This document shows, piece after piece, positions 50,055-51,352 of a DNA stretch of 51,352 nt. Numbering within the stretch: the first letter of the stretch is position 1; each line of letters starts with the position of its first letter. Location of the stretch: contig JBPCLP010000036.1 of NCBI GenBank assembly GCA_051003195.1, forward strand, positions 1-51,352, given 5' to 3'. The stretch is from Candidatus Sumerlaeaceae bacterium (GTDB lineage: Bacteria > Sumerlaeota > Sumerlaeia > Sumerlaeales > Sumerlaeaceae). The translations under genes and the position numbers were made by a program. A model generated the notes under the pieces. It worked only from the letters and a program-made list of their open reading frames with translations. It had not been told where the DNA came from and did no database searches.

Positions 50055-50127
50055 GTCGGCATTCCAGCCGGCGTTTAGATTGCTTCAGATTTGTAGAGGA
50101 TCCCATTCAGCGCACAGGAGCCATCCC

Positions 50128-50991
50128 ATGAACCGGCGCGAATTTATGCGAACGATGAGCGGAGCCGCACTGGCTGCTTCTTTCCCGTATCATCTCTTAG
50201 CCGCCGCCACACCGCGGGCAGCCACGGACCGTTTAACGCTCGGCCCGCGCAAAATCCCGCTTTCACGCCTTGCAATGGGCACAGGCAGCAATGGCTGGGG
50301 CCGCAATTCAAACCAGACGAGAAAGCTTGGCCTGGAGGGGCTGGCCGCCCACCTTCAGGCTGCCTATGCAGACGGCGTCACCTTCTGGGATGCCGCCGAT
50401 CAGTACGGCACTCACCCGCACCTGGCGCAGGCGCTGAAGAATGGCGTCCCGCGCGACAAAGTCACCATCATGACGAAGAGCACTTCATCCACTTATAAGG
50501 ACATGAAGGCGGACATCGACCGGTTCCGCAAAGAACTCGGTACTGACTACCTTGACATACTGCTGCTGCACTGCATGACCGACGCCGACTGGAACGTCAA
50601 ACGGCGAGGAGCGATGGACGCGATCTCCGAAGCCCAGGAGAAGGGCATCGTCAAATCTCACGGTGTTTCATGTCACTCGCTGGATGCACTCAAGACCGCC
50701 GCCGCCGAGCCATGGGTCGAGATCGACCTGGCGCGCATTAATCCCGACCAGGTGCAGATGGACGCGCCACCCGATACCGTGCTGGGGCTGCTCCGGCAGA
50801 TGAAGGCCTCCGGCAAAGGCGTCATCGGTATGAAGATCCTGGGAGCGGGTAAACTTGCCACCCAGCAGGACCGTGCGCTTCAATACTCACTTGCCCTCGA
50901 TTGCATCGATTGCTTCACGATCGGAACAGAAAGCCGCGAGCAGTTCCAGGATATCGTAAAGCGCATCCCCGCGGCAAGCACGAGGGGCTGA
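50128..50991 (+). CDS. Aldo/keto reductase with Tat signal peptide
   Basis: AGGAG RBS; MNRREFMR twin-arginine motif; DAADQYG, IMTK, LGTDYLDILLLH, GVSCH, GVIGMK. Confidence 0.88.
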   Translation: MNRREFMRTMSGAALAASFPYHLLAAATPRAATDRLTLGPRKIPLSRLAMGTGSNGWGRNSNQTRKLGLEGLAAHLQAAYADGVTFWDAADQYGTHPHLAQALKNGVPRDKVTIMTKSTSSTYKDMKADIDRFRKELGTDYLDILLLHCMTDADWNVKRRGAMDAISEAQEKGIVKSHGVSCHSLDALKTAAAEPWVEIDLARINPDQVQMDAPPDTVLGLLRQMKASGKGVIGMKILGAGKLATQQDRALQYSLALDCIDCFTIGTESREQFQDIVKRIPAASTRG

Positions 50992-51045
50992 AGAGCAATC
51001 TAACCCGAGATAGGTTGCTGTCTCAGAATTTCGCGGCGTAATTCC

Positions 51046-51352
51046 AGGATTCCGGCTTTTTGGAATCCGCAGCGCTCAGGTTTTTTTGCACCGAAGGTGC
51101 AGCGGAACAAAGCCAAGGGTAAGGATTCCGGCTTTTTGGACTTGGCAGCGCTCAGGTTTTTTGCACCGAAGGTGCAGCGGAACACAGCCAAGGGTCAGGA
51201 TTCCGGCTTTTTGGAAGCGGCAGCGCTCAGGTTTTTTGCACCGAAGGTGCAGCGGAACACAGCCCAGGGAAAGGAGGCCACGGCTTTTTGTGGCCGACGC
51301 AGCCCTGGGTATATCGATCCAATTACATCGCGCCCTGAAGGGGCGCCGGAAA
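51046..51352. repeat. Tandem array of 75-76 bp REP-like units plus a terminal unit shared with the 17.6 kb element (cut by the window end)
   Basis: Units start at 51046, 51122 and 51197, with a diverged fourth at 51272; the first three each contain GGATTCCGGCTTTTTGGA and TGCACCGAAGGTGCA. Confidence 0.85.

Noticed and set aside
51000..51191. 63-aa ORF with repeated FRCTFGAK (also in 17360-17803)
   Set aside because: It is a translation artefact of the palindromic DNA repeat
51046..51352. CRISPR array
   Set aside because: The sequence between the palindromes is itself nearly identical from unit to unit, so there are no unique spacers; no cas genes are present

Overview
GC-rich bacterial chromosomal window with about 43 protein genes. 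No rRNA, tRNA, CRISPR array or intact transposase is visible. It mixes housekeeping genes (mcsA/mcsB, tsaD, grpE, xseA, udk, ribD, mqnD) with many envelope and glycan genes. These include a DprE1/DprE2-like pair, three GT-C type membrane glycosyltransferases, a sulfotransferase, two paralogous secreted glycoside-hydrolase-like proteins, an FG-GAP protein and a 2144-aa Ig-repeat/beta-propeller surface protein ending in a 'DWSLY' tail. That tail and a pilin-like 'YDATNGTVSAGD' protein suggest a Sumerlaeota (BRC1)-like diderm host; this is an inference. The best candidate for an undescribed system is the minus-strand cluster at 36331-44088. It encodes a membrane-anchored NMT1-like binding protein fused to an OmpA peptidoglycan-binding domain, an ABC permease, an ABC ATPase, a TM/coiled-coil protein, PspA (ESCRT-III superfamily) and a classic-clade AAA ATPase. 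A small island of decayed toxin-antitoxin genes interrupts it. Also notable are a MITE/REP-like repeat family at 17.6 kb and 51.0 kb with tandem amplification and a stem-swapped hairpin, an orphan BMC vertex gene, an unannotated 47-aa membrane protein, and a DUF4926-like pseudogene with an in-frame TAG. All family assignments come from motif recognition, not database searches.
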